A DNA stretch of 64,000 nt, taken from contig OZ249436.1 of NCBI GenBank assembly GCA_965235115.1, positions 23,066,001 to 23,130,000 on the forward strand, in the 5' to 3' direction. The position numbers and the translations under genes were made by a program. Every line of letters begins with the position of its first letter. The stretch's first letter is position 1. The notes under the pieces were generated by a model. That model was not told the DNA's origin. It saw only the letters and a program-made list of their open reading frames with translations, and searched no databases. This DNA is from Laetmonice hystrix. Lineage: Eukaryota. Positions 12,427-24,244 of the stretch are shown here, in pieces.

Positions 12427-14237
12427 ATAGCAGGACTAGTCAAGATGGCACCTCCTGGTCCTAGTCTTGGCGCCAAAAAAATCTAGGTCATTATGTAACA
12501 AAGCTTCTGATTGGTACTTTGACAATAGCGTTTTGGTCGTCTTCCACCCAAAGTACTTTGGCAGTAGACACTCCGTTTTTATTTAGGTAACCAGAGTTCA
12601 TTATACTACATGTATTATACAGTCTTAATTTCTCTGTATAATATAAAGTACATGTACTTTCATTTGCCAGCTGTGTGTAGGCCTAGTGAACGTTTTTGGG
12701 GGAATAAGCTGTCCTATATCTCGAGGATAACTCTACACAAGTGGCCCTCTTGAGCAGCAAGAATATTGGGATCCAGTACAGTACACCTACACCTCAGAGG
12801 AGGCCTGGCCCAAATTGACGGGTACCTAGGCTATAATACCCTCTCATCACAGCGATCCCCCCTGACAGTCCCCACCCCTCACACCCCCGACCCCCGTACT
12901 GAGCGGCCGAGCTGCCTCCCCACCTTCATGCCATGTGACCTCAGCCATGCTATGTGTCGCCTGTCCTCTCCTGGTACACTCAGCCTGCTAGGTAATCGGA
13001 TTAAACTAGGCCTATATTACTCCTACAGGCTGACTGGCATCTGTCATAAACTCACCCCAGATGGACTGGACCCAGGCCGGGGAGACGGGCCATTACTGAG
13101 GGCCGGCCTGACCTGGGGTAGTCCGTAGTAGACTAGGGGGAACAGACGCATACGGGCGGCTGGCCTGGCCTGGCGGAGAGACCGGGTCGGGTGGGTCGGT
13201 CACCCTGGTCTCTGACCACCCACATGTCACACCGACACACGTGCTCCAACCACAGTCAGTGGTGGATCAGGCGTGCATGAGGGGGGGGGGGACCTGGGCT
13301 ATAAACTGGAGACAGCTGGAATTTGCAGGCGTGGCGAATTTGGTGGTTTATTTTGGCAGTGGAACTCGCCACAGGCTGGAAGTATTCGCGTTTGCGAGCG
13401 TGGCTACCGCTAACGTACTCCGTTCTACATGAAGTTAAACTGTCAAAACTCTGCCACAACCTGCACAAGATTTCAAATAACACAAACAATTAAATTCTCT
13501 TCAAACGAAAACTGGTTTTTTTACTTGAAAGACGAAGAATAAAGGCAGTACAGCTTACGAGTGAATGGCAGGCTAACCAGCAATGAGTCGCGTTACGGGT
13601 ATCAATAATTCGCGTTACGGGTATCATTTGTCAACATGCTTGTCCGCGTTACGGGTATCACAGCGAAAATTTTCGGAGCGATTTTTGAGATTTCTAGGCA
13701 ATCTCAGGCGCCGAGGTTCACCAAACATGATGCCACCATTACAATAAACAACTCTGACGTCTTACAGATAAATCAGAGACACGGAACTGCTTGAAATACG
13801 CCTAGTTTTAGTTGAAGCGAGACCTGCCTTCCTCCATCTTGGATCAGCGTAACGCGCGTTACGATGATCAGTGTGTAGACAGTGAATAGGGCCCATGGAT
13901 AACCATGGTATACATAGTGCCTTTTACCTGCCACCATCTAATTCCCACAAAGTCTGTGTGTTAAAAGTAATCCCCGATAGAAACTGACAGTTGCCCGTTT
14001 GCTCACTGCATCCATCTTGCCGAAATTCACTGCCGTGAGACCTTAAAAAATGGCGTCCCTAGAGCCTACCCCATTCCCCCATCACTGTGTTGGTCAACCA
14101 TCTTCACGGACACTATGTACAATAATGGTTACTGGTGAACTCGGACCATGGTTATCTCGGCCCATGTCGATTACATGACTTCATGTCCCATGCGTACCCT
14201 GTCCCAGGCTCCATGCCTCACCCGACACCCGAGTCTG

Positions 14238-14408
14238 GGGTCCGTTCCACTAAGCCCCAAAGACGTCTTTGAGATGGTCGCTGAGCCCAAAGAGGTCTTT
14301 GCGCCGACGGGTGTTCCACTAAGCTCCTATTCTTTAACATTGGCGCCGCAAAGACGTCTTTCCAAAGACGTCTTTGCTAAAGACGTCTTTCGTTAGTGGA
14401 ACGGACCC
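14238..14408. mobile_element. PIF/Harbinger MITE
   Basis: TIR GGGTCCGTTCCACTAA / TTAGTGGAACGGACCC, flanked by CTG and CAG. Confidence 0.75.
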
Positions 14409-15548
14409 CAGGTGGTCAAGAGTCTCAAGTCAACAACGGGGAGCACTCCCTTGCTCCCGGCGGGCGTGCACTGGTGGTTGGACGGGGCCAGACATGCCAA
14501 TTTGGTCGATCGACAACGTAGTGAAAAATCTCTTACCGGGCGCTTAAACGAACAGAAATTCGTCGCAATACCCTCCAACGCATGAAATGGTGGCTGAAAG
14601 CTATTATTTATACGGAGAATTGTCAACTAGAGAATGAAATGTAGGCCTACACTGGTTGGGTCATGGATGGAGTCTGACAGTAGTGACAGACTACGGCAGT
14701 CTACGGCCGGGGACATGGCGTGCACTGCCACTGTCAAAGCGTCGGGCTACCGTTCAGCTAGCACACCCAGGCATATCTTCACGAAGGATCAGCACCAAGT
14801 CAGTGGTGTGGTTAGACCTGCTGATCGGTCTCCTAGTACTATGACACGGATAATCTTACTCGCAGCTCTCAGTCTAGACTCTCTGACTACCTTGTATCCT
14901 CACCCGATCTGACAGCTGGTCGAAACTCGCGGCTCTGGCGACGTCACACTTCCGGGTGACCTGACTGTTTTTGATTGGCTGAATCAATCTCCCATGTGAT
15001 AATGTGATGTAAAATGGCGCCGAGTTCATTTCTCGGCTAGAGGTACGGTACTCGTAGTTTAAGGTTGGCATTCTCGTTTATGTAAAACCTATTGACCTGC
15101 ATTTATTGCTGATGTTATTCTTTATTGTATAAGGCATATGGGAAGGTATAAGGTAGCTGGATTGTTGCATTTGGCTTTAAGGCCGGCATTCGTTACCACC
15201 CGGTAACGTTGACCCCGGCTGGCCCTGCTCCACTGGTCCAGTCTAATGCGGCCCCCATACTGGCCATAGGGAGTGTAAGGTGGGCAGATGGGCAGCAGTG
15301 AGCGGGGCTGTACTGAGCAAACATACACACTGGCCCGGCTATATTTATAAGAGAGCCTGCACACCCCTGTGTGGCTGACACATTGGACCTGTCCCGGTGC
15401 TCAAACTCGTCAGTTACAGATACTTTCAAAACTCAAATGACTCTTATCAATACAGTTCATGCATTATGTTTCTTGAAAATTGCAGATAACCTGCTACACA
15501 TGTTCACAATTACTTGTGCCAAATATCAAAACTTTTGAAGGAATATAA

Positions 15549-16178
15549 CCAGTGCAAATTGAGACAAGAATGGGAGATGACGGTTTGTTGTTGATGGGTT
15601 CAAACGTGAGTGCTGACTGCCATGTTGCTGGGAGTAACGGCTTTTATAGTCGCGGGCGTATTTCTAGCTCTATGCATAAAAAGAAGGGACAAAGGTTCCA
15701 AGGGAATACAAGAATCATAACTAAACACCAGTTCTGAATAGTTTAACATAAAGCTTTGCTTAAATGGGTTAATTCAAACATAGACGTAGTAAGTAGATGG
15801 ACCGCTAACTTCAAATTTAGCGCCCAAGCTTACGGGACAAAATGCACGCGCCAGTGCAAATTGAGACAAGAATGGGAGATGACGGTTTGTTGTTGATGGG
15901 TTCAAACGTGAGTGCTGACTGCCATGTTGCTGGGAGTAACGGCTTTTATAGTCGCGGGCGTATTTCTAGCTCTATGCATAAAAAGAAGGGACAAAGGTTC
16001 CAAGGGAATACAAGAATCATAACTAAACACCAGTGTTGAATATTCTATTGGTGGTGTCGTTCTGAATAGTTGAACATAAAGCTTTGCTTAAATGGGTTAA
16101 TTCAAACATAGACGTAGTAAGTAGAAGGACCGCTAACTTCAAATTTAGCGCCCAAGCTTACGGGACAAAATGCACGCG
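15549..16178. repeat. Direct tandem duplication of 302 bp; second copy has a 26-bp insert
   Basis: 15549-15850 is nearly identical to 15851-16178. The extra sequence is 16034-16059. Confidence 0.9.
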
Positions 16179-16799
16179 CAGATTCGCAAATTAGCGATAT
16201 TGTTTTACTTCCTATGCCAGTATCGTAACGAAGGTTGACCACAGACGAACGAACTTCGTTAAAGTTTGCCACATATTCTTGGAAAAATATTTCCTTTCAT
16301 TGATAGTAGTTGGATAGATGAAGATTGAATGGGGGTTTGGCTCCTTTGATTTTCTGTGAAAGTATTGTTATCAGGGATTTTATCAGCAAATGAATCCAAT
16401 ACTTATGTATTCGCTAAAATTGAAAGCAATCATCAAATCATATTATTTTCTTTTATTATTTCCTCATTATGAATGAAGTAGTGTAGATACGATTTGCTAG
16501 ACGTTTTCATTAGTTCTTTTAATTTGCCAATATCTTCTGGGATTTTTGACGTACTTCTGTAACATGTTTTTTGTTTGTTTATTTCCAACATATAAAGCCT
16601 GTACACGTATCCCGTAGGGATGAAGAAGTTCATAAATGAGAACTTATATAAATCCTGTATAATATTTAGTTACTGAAAATTTTAGAATAACGTTACACAA
16701 GCGTGATACTGTGGTAGTCAATAGTCAAATAATAATAGTCATAAGCATTTAAACCGAGAAACAACAACAACTTTTTAACAACTAATTATACAGTAATGT

Positions 16800-18880
16800 G
16801 ATTAATGATGATATGAGGATGATCAAAGACAGAGTTTAATTTAACTGTTTGCTTCCAGACCATTAAGAAGTTTCAGTTTCAATCTTCTTTTGAAAGTATG
16901 GATTGATGTGTTAAACTGAATAGATTGATCTTTAAGAAACTTGTTGAGAAGCTTGGGGCCCTGATAGAATACATAATTTTCCAGTCGTTTACCTCTTATG
17001 AGGGAGAGCGAATAATGATCTGTCTGTCTAGTTGTTCTCAGCATCAGTTCCCTTCTTTTATTAAAAAGATTGAAAATTGGCTCAGGAATTTATCCATGAT
17101 GTACTTTGAACATAAAGGTAGCTAAAGAATAATTATAAATCTCATTTAATGGTAGAATGTTGGCGTTAAGAAACAAAGGGTTTGTATGAGTCCTTTGAGA
17201 TTTATTAAATATTAGCCTAATTGCTCTTTTTTGTAGCTTAAACATCGAGAGACATTAAGTGACAGTTTGTTCACATTTAACCATTTCACTACCTTTTCAA
17301 GTTCTGTATTAATAATTGTTGATGGATCAATATTTTTATTGTAGCTGTAATAAAAACTGCTATCATCTGCGAAGAAAATGGGCGTCAAAATTTCCGAAAC
17401 ATCCCAGAGGTCATTTATATAAATTAAGAAAAACGGCCCAAGGACACTGCCTTGCGGCACTCCGTTAGGTAGCTAACGTTAGGTAAGATTCAATTAATTG
17501 TAGCGGTTTTCCTCGGATTCCATAGTGGTTTAATTTCAGTAGCAAGATGTCAAAGTTGACCGTGTCGAAAGCCTTCGACAAATCTAGAAATACGCCGATT
17601 GTGCGTTAGCTAGGTCATTAATTTGTAGGTTTAGTGCAAGTTCAGTTGAGTGTTTTGCACGAAATCCAAACTGTTTATCGTAGAGAATGTTATGCTTGTT
17701 AAAAAAGTTAGTAAGACGTGAGTAAATGACTTTTTCAAATACTTTAGAAAAGGTTGGAAGAAATGATATAGGTCTATAGTTTGTATACATGTGTAATCTA
17801 TCTTCATAAGCATTTGGTGTTTTAACTAATGGAAAAGATTTATCATACGTGTCAATCAAAACCGGAAGAAGATTATTGTATGCATCAGTGGAAGATTCCA
17901 TCCTTAAGATATTTGTAAAGTTATGTGAATGAACAGTTTGGATAAATTTATCTATGTTATTTTTACTTATGTCTTTTTATTTTCATGTTAGTCACTTTCT
18001 TTTGTAAACCTTCTGTGGTCACGATTAACGGATAATGGTCAGAAATATCACTCATCAGCACATAATGACTACTGATAGGCCCTACTATTATAAGAATTCG
18101 TAAAGATATTATCAATAAGTGTTTTAGAAAGGTTATGGACTCTAGTTGGTTTGTCAATAATGGGAAGGAAGCTAAATGATAAACCAGTATTTAGTAACAT
18201 TTGAGAATTCTCAGAATTGTTCTTGAGATCAATGTTGAAATCACCAAATATATGGGTAGAATATTTAGAAACTTTCTCAAGTATATAACTGAATTTTTTT
18301 AACAAAATCCTTTACATTTCCCTGTGGTGGTCTATAAATACAACATAGAACAATATCTTTTCCTATAGGACCACCTTCAAGTTTGACACATATTGATTCA
18401 ATATCATTGTCTATAATGTCGAGATGGTGACAGTAAGGTAGTCCTTCTTTCAACATAATAGTCACTCCTCCACCAATTTTCTCGGTTCTACATTTGTTGA
18501 CACTCTTAAACCCGGTTATTTTGTATAATTTCGCATTGGAGCGTTTAAGCCAGGTTTCATTTAAACAAATAGCAACCATATTAGAATTATTCTGAATCAG
18601 AAGTGTTTCTAGTTCTTTAAGATGTTTAGGTAGACTTCTGATGTTCTTATAAAGTACACGCCGTAGATATCTATACCCTTTGTGCGTGCCGTTCCATTGT
18701 TCCACTCTTCCATTAAATTATAGTAACGGTCTATATACTGAGTTGGTTGAACTTGATTATTGGAATATCAGTTAATATCTGGGTCAATTTCGTTTAAGTG
18801 TTCTACAGAATGATTAACCCAGGATGAGAAGTTAAACTCTGGCTTAAATGGATGGACAGCATTTTGTAATTTCATTTCAA
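16800..18880 (-). mobile_element. Degenerate, internally deleted CR1/L2-group LINE ORF2 (APE endonuclease + reverse transcriptase)
   Basis: Endonuclease motifs NIRSL, CLNETW, GGGV, IYRPP, GDFN, SDHYP. RT motifs NYRPIS, QFGFR, KAFDTV, PQGSVLGP, FADD, WLxxNKLSLN. Multiple frameshifts. Confidence 0.92.
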
Positions 18881-19513
18881 TTTCAGTTTCAAGCATCACT
18901 TTCTAAAACCAAGTTCACTACATTGTATTTTTCTTACACTCGTGATCTGTACAACTAGACATGACATGACACAGATTTTTGACAAAGTAAAAATTTACAA
19001 ATAATTCTGGTTTAGGGTTGACAAATAAGATGAATAGGATGAAGAAACGGTGACATGAGGAAAAAACACAAACTTAGATAGATCCAGAAGATAGTTAACA
19101 CAAATCATGTGTACAATAGTTATGAGGTGCTCTTTAGGGTAGAACATTTCTCCTAAGGATAAGTGCATACTAGACTGAAGAAATCAGTGGTTGAGTGTCC
19201 GGTTATCATAAATGGACCATAAATTGACTTCGATAGGTAACTGGACAATGAGTTCAGGAATATCCAAGTAATCATGACATCGTGTATAGTGGCGCCATGA
19301 TTATCAGACTGCAAAAATATATACATAATGTAGACTTGCTTTACATTTTAAAAATCAAAAACCAGATGGAACAATTCACTTATAGTATGCTGAATACAGA
19401 TAGGTACGTTAATGATAAATTGGAAAATGCATGTGGATTATAGACATAGTACATAGTGGCGCCATCTGGGGTGTTTTGATTTAGAGACAGAGAATAGTCA
19501 GTGCAGTGCCTAA

Positions 19514-19968
19514 GGCTGAGTTCACATAGGAGTATACGGCACGGGTATACGGGGCACGTTTTGAAGGGCACGCGAATAGCTTAAATCGTACAATAGGATC
19601 TTATAATACCGGGTCACATCAGAGGGCACTATTCGAAAAGGCGTATAGTATAGTATAGTGGGAATCGTGCGTGTTCGATTTTAGTGCAGCGTATACCGTG
19701 GGGTGCCTGTGTTTAAAAGTTCAGCATTTACACAGTTCTTGATATTTTTTAACTAAATTTTCAGATCCAAGGGCCGATATATAGGGGTATTGACTCTGAA
19801 AATTTCAAAGAAATCAGTTCAAGGGGAGGGGCAGGGGGGCACCTCTCAATTCATGTCGGGAATTAAGACACTGGCGGACGTGACTCGCCGTGCCCGTATA
19901 GCGTATAGCGAATACCGAATAGCGAATACCGTATACCGTATACCGTATACTCCTATGTGAACTCAGCC
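19514..19968. mobile_element. PIF/Harbinger MITE
   Basis: TIR GGCTGAGTTCACATAGGAGTATACGG, TAA TSD on both sides. Confidence 0.85.
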
Positions 19969-20189
19969 TAATGTAGGTCAGTTTTTTTACATTCATTAAG
20001 ATCATTCCAAGAATGTTTTTCCCGCGAAAAGTTTTAAGTTCATTAGACCAAAGGGAGCAGCGAGGTCACCGACGAGTCGAGTCGAGAACGGGATCGTCCC
20101 GTTGTAAATGTTCATGATCCCTACCATTATCTCAGGTTGCGATCTTACAGTTCAATAGTTCTGTACCAACAGCATTAGAGGCCCCTATG

Positions 20190-20810
20190 GAGAGTTGCGT
20201 GACGTCACGTTATGTTACACACCACGTGACGTTATATGTCAGGTTGTGTAGAATATGGTCGGAAACCTGACATTATGTTGCACGTCACGTGATGTGATAC
20301 GTGATGTCGAATGCCAGGTGACGTTATATGTGACGATATGCATTACGTCACATGTCACGTGACGTTACTTCACACATGACCTTACGTCACGTGACGTATG
20401 ACGTTATACGTTACGTCACACCTCACGTGACATTACAACTACGTATGCCGTTACACGATACGTCACATAACGTATTACGTCACGTCACGTATGACGTTAT
20501 ACGTTACGTCACGTGACGTATGGCGTTATATGTACGTCACACGTCACATGACGTTATACGTGACATATGACACGTTACGTCACATACGACATGACATGTT
20601 ACGACACCGCCACATGACGTTATAGGTTACGCCACACGTCACGTGGCATACATGACGTATGACGTTATAGCTTACGTCACACGTCAGGTGACGTTACACG
20701 TTACGTCACACGTCAGGTGACGTTACACGTGATGTATGACGTTATACCTTACATCACATGCCACAAGACGTTATACATTACATTATACGGCACGTTATGT
20801 TTTACGTAAC
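20190..20810. repeat. Degenerate minisatellite of TGACGTTA/TACGTCAC motifs
   Basis: Dense irregular repeats of GTGACGTTATACGT(C)AC, which resume at 21270-21307. Confidence 0.8.
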
Positions 20811-20945
20811 ATCTAATGGTCGGAATTGAAAGATCACTTATGGTTTGCTATTTATGATCAACAGTAACTTTAACCATATCGTGCACCGTTACGTTGTTAC
20901 CAACACTTCAATGGGCTTGTAATGTCAAATAAGTCGGCGTCAGTA

Positions 20946-21173
20946 CAGGTGTCAAAGGAATGGAGGTCTGCCAGAATGGAGGTCCCCAGGACCTGGATTG
21001 TCTGGTTATGCAGGTCCTAGGTCACAACTTCGTATATGACAATATAATCAAGAAATTATAAATGGATTATGAAGAAATACTTAAATAATCCTAGGAATGC
21101 AGGTCCGTCGGACTTATACAGGAATGCAGGTCGATCGGACCTGCATTTCCGACTTGGATTCCTATCACACCTG
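20946..21173. mobile_element. MITE with CAGGTGT termini
   Basis: CAGGTGTCAAAGGAAT / ATTCCTATCACACCTG inverted ends, with GAATGCAGGTC subterminal repeats. Confidence 0.6.
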
Positions 21174-21307
21174 TGGTGGAGTGAAACGTGACGAAGGCTG
21201 TCGGCGTGGTTTTAGAGGGCATTGTACTTCAATACATTTGTGTAGTACAATGTAGCATTACAGGTCCCTCTTGAGACGTCACGTAACGTTATACGTCACG
21301 TTACGTC

Positions 21308-22400
21308 TGTGGTAAAGCGCGTGTGTGTGCTGAGGCACACTGAGGGTGGAAGCAGCCGACGCTTCCCACCCCGACCACTCATAGAGAGCCGGTGGCCGGT
21401 CGGTCAGCGATAGCGCGTCTGGCGGGAAAGATAATTAATAGACAAAGAGTTTGTTTGTGTAACGTTACTTTTCTTTACTTTTACACTTTATTATTGAACG
21501 TTATGTCACATAAGATATACCTTTAGATTGCGGATTAACTCTATGTTTATTTCGGCCAGCAGTAATTTTAATATATGATGTCATGTTATTACAGTTACGA
21601 TTTTGCTACCCAAGTCGAGATTGTTCATCATCTAAAACTGAACTTTATCTTGAATTATATAAAAATGAAGAAGTCATGTTTAACCCTTTTATAATGTGTA
21701 GAAAGCTTGTCTAGAGACAAAGACATAAGTAACTTTCTTAGGTTAATGCAGACTTTGTATATGGAGTTATTTACTCTTTTGGTCACGGCAACTAACACAA
21801 CTGGTCAGCAGTCGTGTCTGGTGTTATCCAACCCAGCGGGTGCTTTCTGTAACGTCCGCGCTCCACCTATTTAACCCCGGGACCCCTTGAGACGGACAGC
21901 CAGTGCAGTCCAGTCCAGTCCAGTCCAGTTCGAGAGAGAGAGCAGAGAGAGACAGTGCGGACACTCGCCGCATCCATGCAGTCATCCAGGCAGCAGTGCG
22001 CCTAGGGAAGCAGTGCTCCCACGACTAGCAGATAGCCAGGTACAACATGAGCCGAACAATAGCCAAGCATTGGACATTAATTACCACCTACCCGGAATTA
22101 CGTATACTCATTAGGACAATACCATGCAGGACAATATATTTATTAGGACATATCCGGACAATATTGATCAGTGGAGATGCAGCGGAAGTTTGTGACACAA
22201 GAGCCGTGACCATATCTTTATAGTATTACATTCAGTCTGCTTTCAGTTGTCAATTATGTAATAGTAAATCAGCAATTATCTATTTGTATTGTATTTTCGA
22301 TCCCAAAATTAAACGTCATTATAGATTGTCACTGAAGTTTCTTTTATTATAACGGTAATTCACCCCCAACTTTAACAACCGCACTCAGGGCAATACTATA
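21308..22400 (+). mobile_element. Probable solo LTR (Gypsy-like)
   Basis: Starts TGTGGTA and ends TACTATA (CA mutated), with 4-bp TSD CGTC. TATTTAA at ~21868 and ATTAAA at ~22308. Removing it rejoins ...TACGTCACATCTAATAGTCGGAAATGAAAGATC, matching the paralog at ~20805. Confidence 0.7.
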
Positions 22401-22739
22401 CGTCACATCTAATAGTCGGAAATGAAAGATCTCATATGATTTCCTATACATTATACACACGTGTACATGTATTTTCACATGCCTACATAGCACGGAGGCC
22501 TATATAGGCTCATCTGCCGGTTCGAAAGGGACCACCGCGTCTTTTGTCGTTTTCTATGAATGTACGTAGACCTGTCTCGACGCACGGCAAGCCCCCAACC
22601 TGACTAGTTTGGGGAAAAAATAAAACGACAAACAAAACAACATCTTGTTTAAAACAGCCAATATTAATAAAATATCCAATATCTTGGTCTTGCTGAAAAC
22701 TAATACTATTTTAAAGTCAAAGATCGAAAATTGAGTCAC

Positions 22740-23084
22740 CAAGCAGCTGGGCGATGAAGCGATAATATCAAAATGTTTTGATATTATCGCTTTGCTCGGC
22801 GATGCCTTCAGGCGACAGAATAATCCCATCGCCTGGACGCCCACACTAGGGCGATGACAGAGCGATGTACCAACACGCAAGCGATGGCAGAATTGGTCCA
22901 TCGATCGCCTTAGTCTGTTCCATAAAATGCCATCGGTTTGGTCGGCGATGACCGTTGATGGTCAGGCGATGAAGTGCAAATCATCGCCCGAGCGCCCAGA
23001 CTGCGGCGATGACACAGGTGACAGCCAAGCGATGCAAAAATGGCCAAGCGATCAACATCGATCGCCCTATAGTCTGTTCCCGGC
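22740..23084. mobile_element. Harbinger-like MITE fragment truncating the NADAR domain
   Basis: GGCGATG/CATCGCC repeats. The right end TAGTCTGTTCCCGGC is followed by TTA. Confidence 0.55.
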
Positions 23085-23087
23085 TTA

Positions 23088-24137
23088 AGTGTCGTAGGTG
23101 GCCTCTACTAAGGTGGACTCGCCCGTGTTAATGAGGAAACTACGCAACTTTTCATTTTGCGAAAATTTCTGGAGGATGATGGCTTCTTTCATCACTACCT
23201 CCTGTGCCATGATGATTCAAGGGGGATTTGTAGGGGTACGGTCTCCGATTTTTTTAATTGTGAGGGCGTCGCTTTCCAGCATGATCTTTCTGGACGCAGG
23301 TTTATTTTTTGCGCATTCGGCCTTCCTGGACTGGAAACACTTCCACAGACGTGTATATCTGCCCTCCTATTGTAAATTCGCAAGGAAAGAAATTACTCAA
23401 TGGGGAGTGACGACTGTAGAAGCCGTGACGTTATCATTAATCTTGGGGGTACGCGCGGAAGACAAGTTGAGATCTGTGGGGAGCAAGTCCATATCATCAT
23501 GTTTGTACTTAATGTTGCCGAGCATAAGGGTATCACCTTGTACCCTTGCGTCAATGTGTTTGGACTTTGCATTATGTAGCTACAGCCCGGAGATCAGCTC
23601 TCTGGGCTTTCACCTGTGCTCGGAGGTCTTCGATTACATGTAGATCTACACTTTAGATCTTGACTCCCTTAAGTGTTTGACATGCTGTAGAATGAGGTCT
23701 CGCATATTGATTTGAGTAAATCTGACGATGATGGGCCGAGGTTTTCCACCCAGACTCCTTCCATACCTATGCACTTTGTCTATATCATTTTGTATGTTGT
23801 TTGGAAGGCACATTTTCTCTGTCAGCAAGCTTGTCACAACGTCGGTCAATTGTTCCCCTTCGTGTTCGTCAAGACCGTCTATTGTCACATTTTGCTTCCG
23901 AGAATAGCTCTCAAGTTGCAAAATTCGCTGTTTTGCTTGTTGAAGCTCATACGTGAGATTTTTCACCTTACGTTTTTCTTCTGATGCACCCGCCATGTCC
24001 TTGGTGTCCAAGTGTTTGTTGACATCAGCGTCTGCCATGTTGGTTGCCAAGGACGCTGCCGAAGTGGGAGTTCGTGGTGACTGACCAGTTGGAGGATTTT
24101 TGGTGTCCTGTCTCGTCCTACGACCTTTGTCACTCAT
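23088..24137 (-). pseudogene. LINE ORF1 (coiled-coil + RRM-like, L1TD1/Transposase_22 type) fused to a NADAR/YbiA-like domain; frameshifted
   Basis: ORF1 motifs LESYSRKQNVTIDGL, DIDKVHRYG, PRPIIVRF, IEDL, RVQGDTLML. Across frameshifts it continues FYSRHSPLSNFFPCEFTIGGQIYTSVE..FQSRKA...IKKIG...VMKEA..QKFSQNEKLRSFLINTGESTLVEATYD. Confidence 0.85.
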
Positions 24138-24244
24138 GCTTCTGTACTCGATCCTGATGTTCTCCAGATCTTCATATATAGTAACCAATTTAGGCCACAA
24201 TAACTTAAAGGGAATAATGACTTGGCCATGTACACCTATCACGC

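Larger units (their letters stand above)
9681..12575 (-). mobile_element. Internally deleted Mutator-like element (MULE) nested in the CAC-terminal element
   Basis: TIRs of about 65 bp (CTGCCAAAGTACTTTGGG.GGAAGAC.ACCAAAA.GCTATTG.CAAAGTACCAATCA) and a 9-bp TSD TTTTTATTT (9672-9680, 12576-12584). Transposase N-terminal and PHD remnants lie inside. Confidence 0.75.
8928..13884. mobile_element. Non-autonomous DNA transposon with CAC termini, 52-bp TIRs and 5-bp TSD (Transib/RAG-like signature)
   Basis: TIR CACTG(G/T)CTACACACTGATCATCGTAACGCGCGTTACGCTGATCCAAGATGGA at 8928-8979 and 13833-13884 (one mismatch). AATAG flanks both sides (8923-8927, 13885-13889). Subterminal CGCGTTACGGGTATC repeats. Confidence 0.85.

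Noticed and set aside
13441..13490. LCRLWQSF as a RAG1/Chapaev LCRxCG motif inside the CAC-terminal element
   Set aside because: The second Cys-Gly and the upstream His are absent and there is no further similarity; too short to support.
23098..23643. 181-aa plus-strand ORF
   Set aside because: Antisense shadow of the minus-strand ORF1-NADAR remnant.
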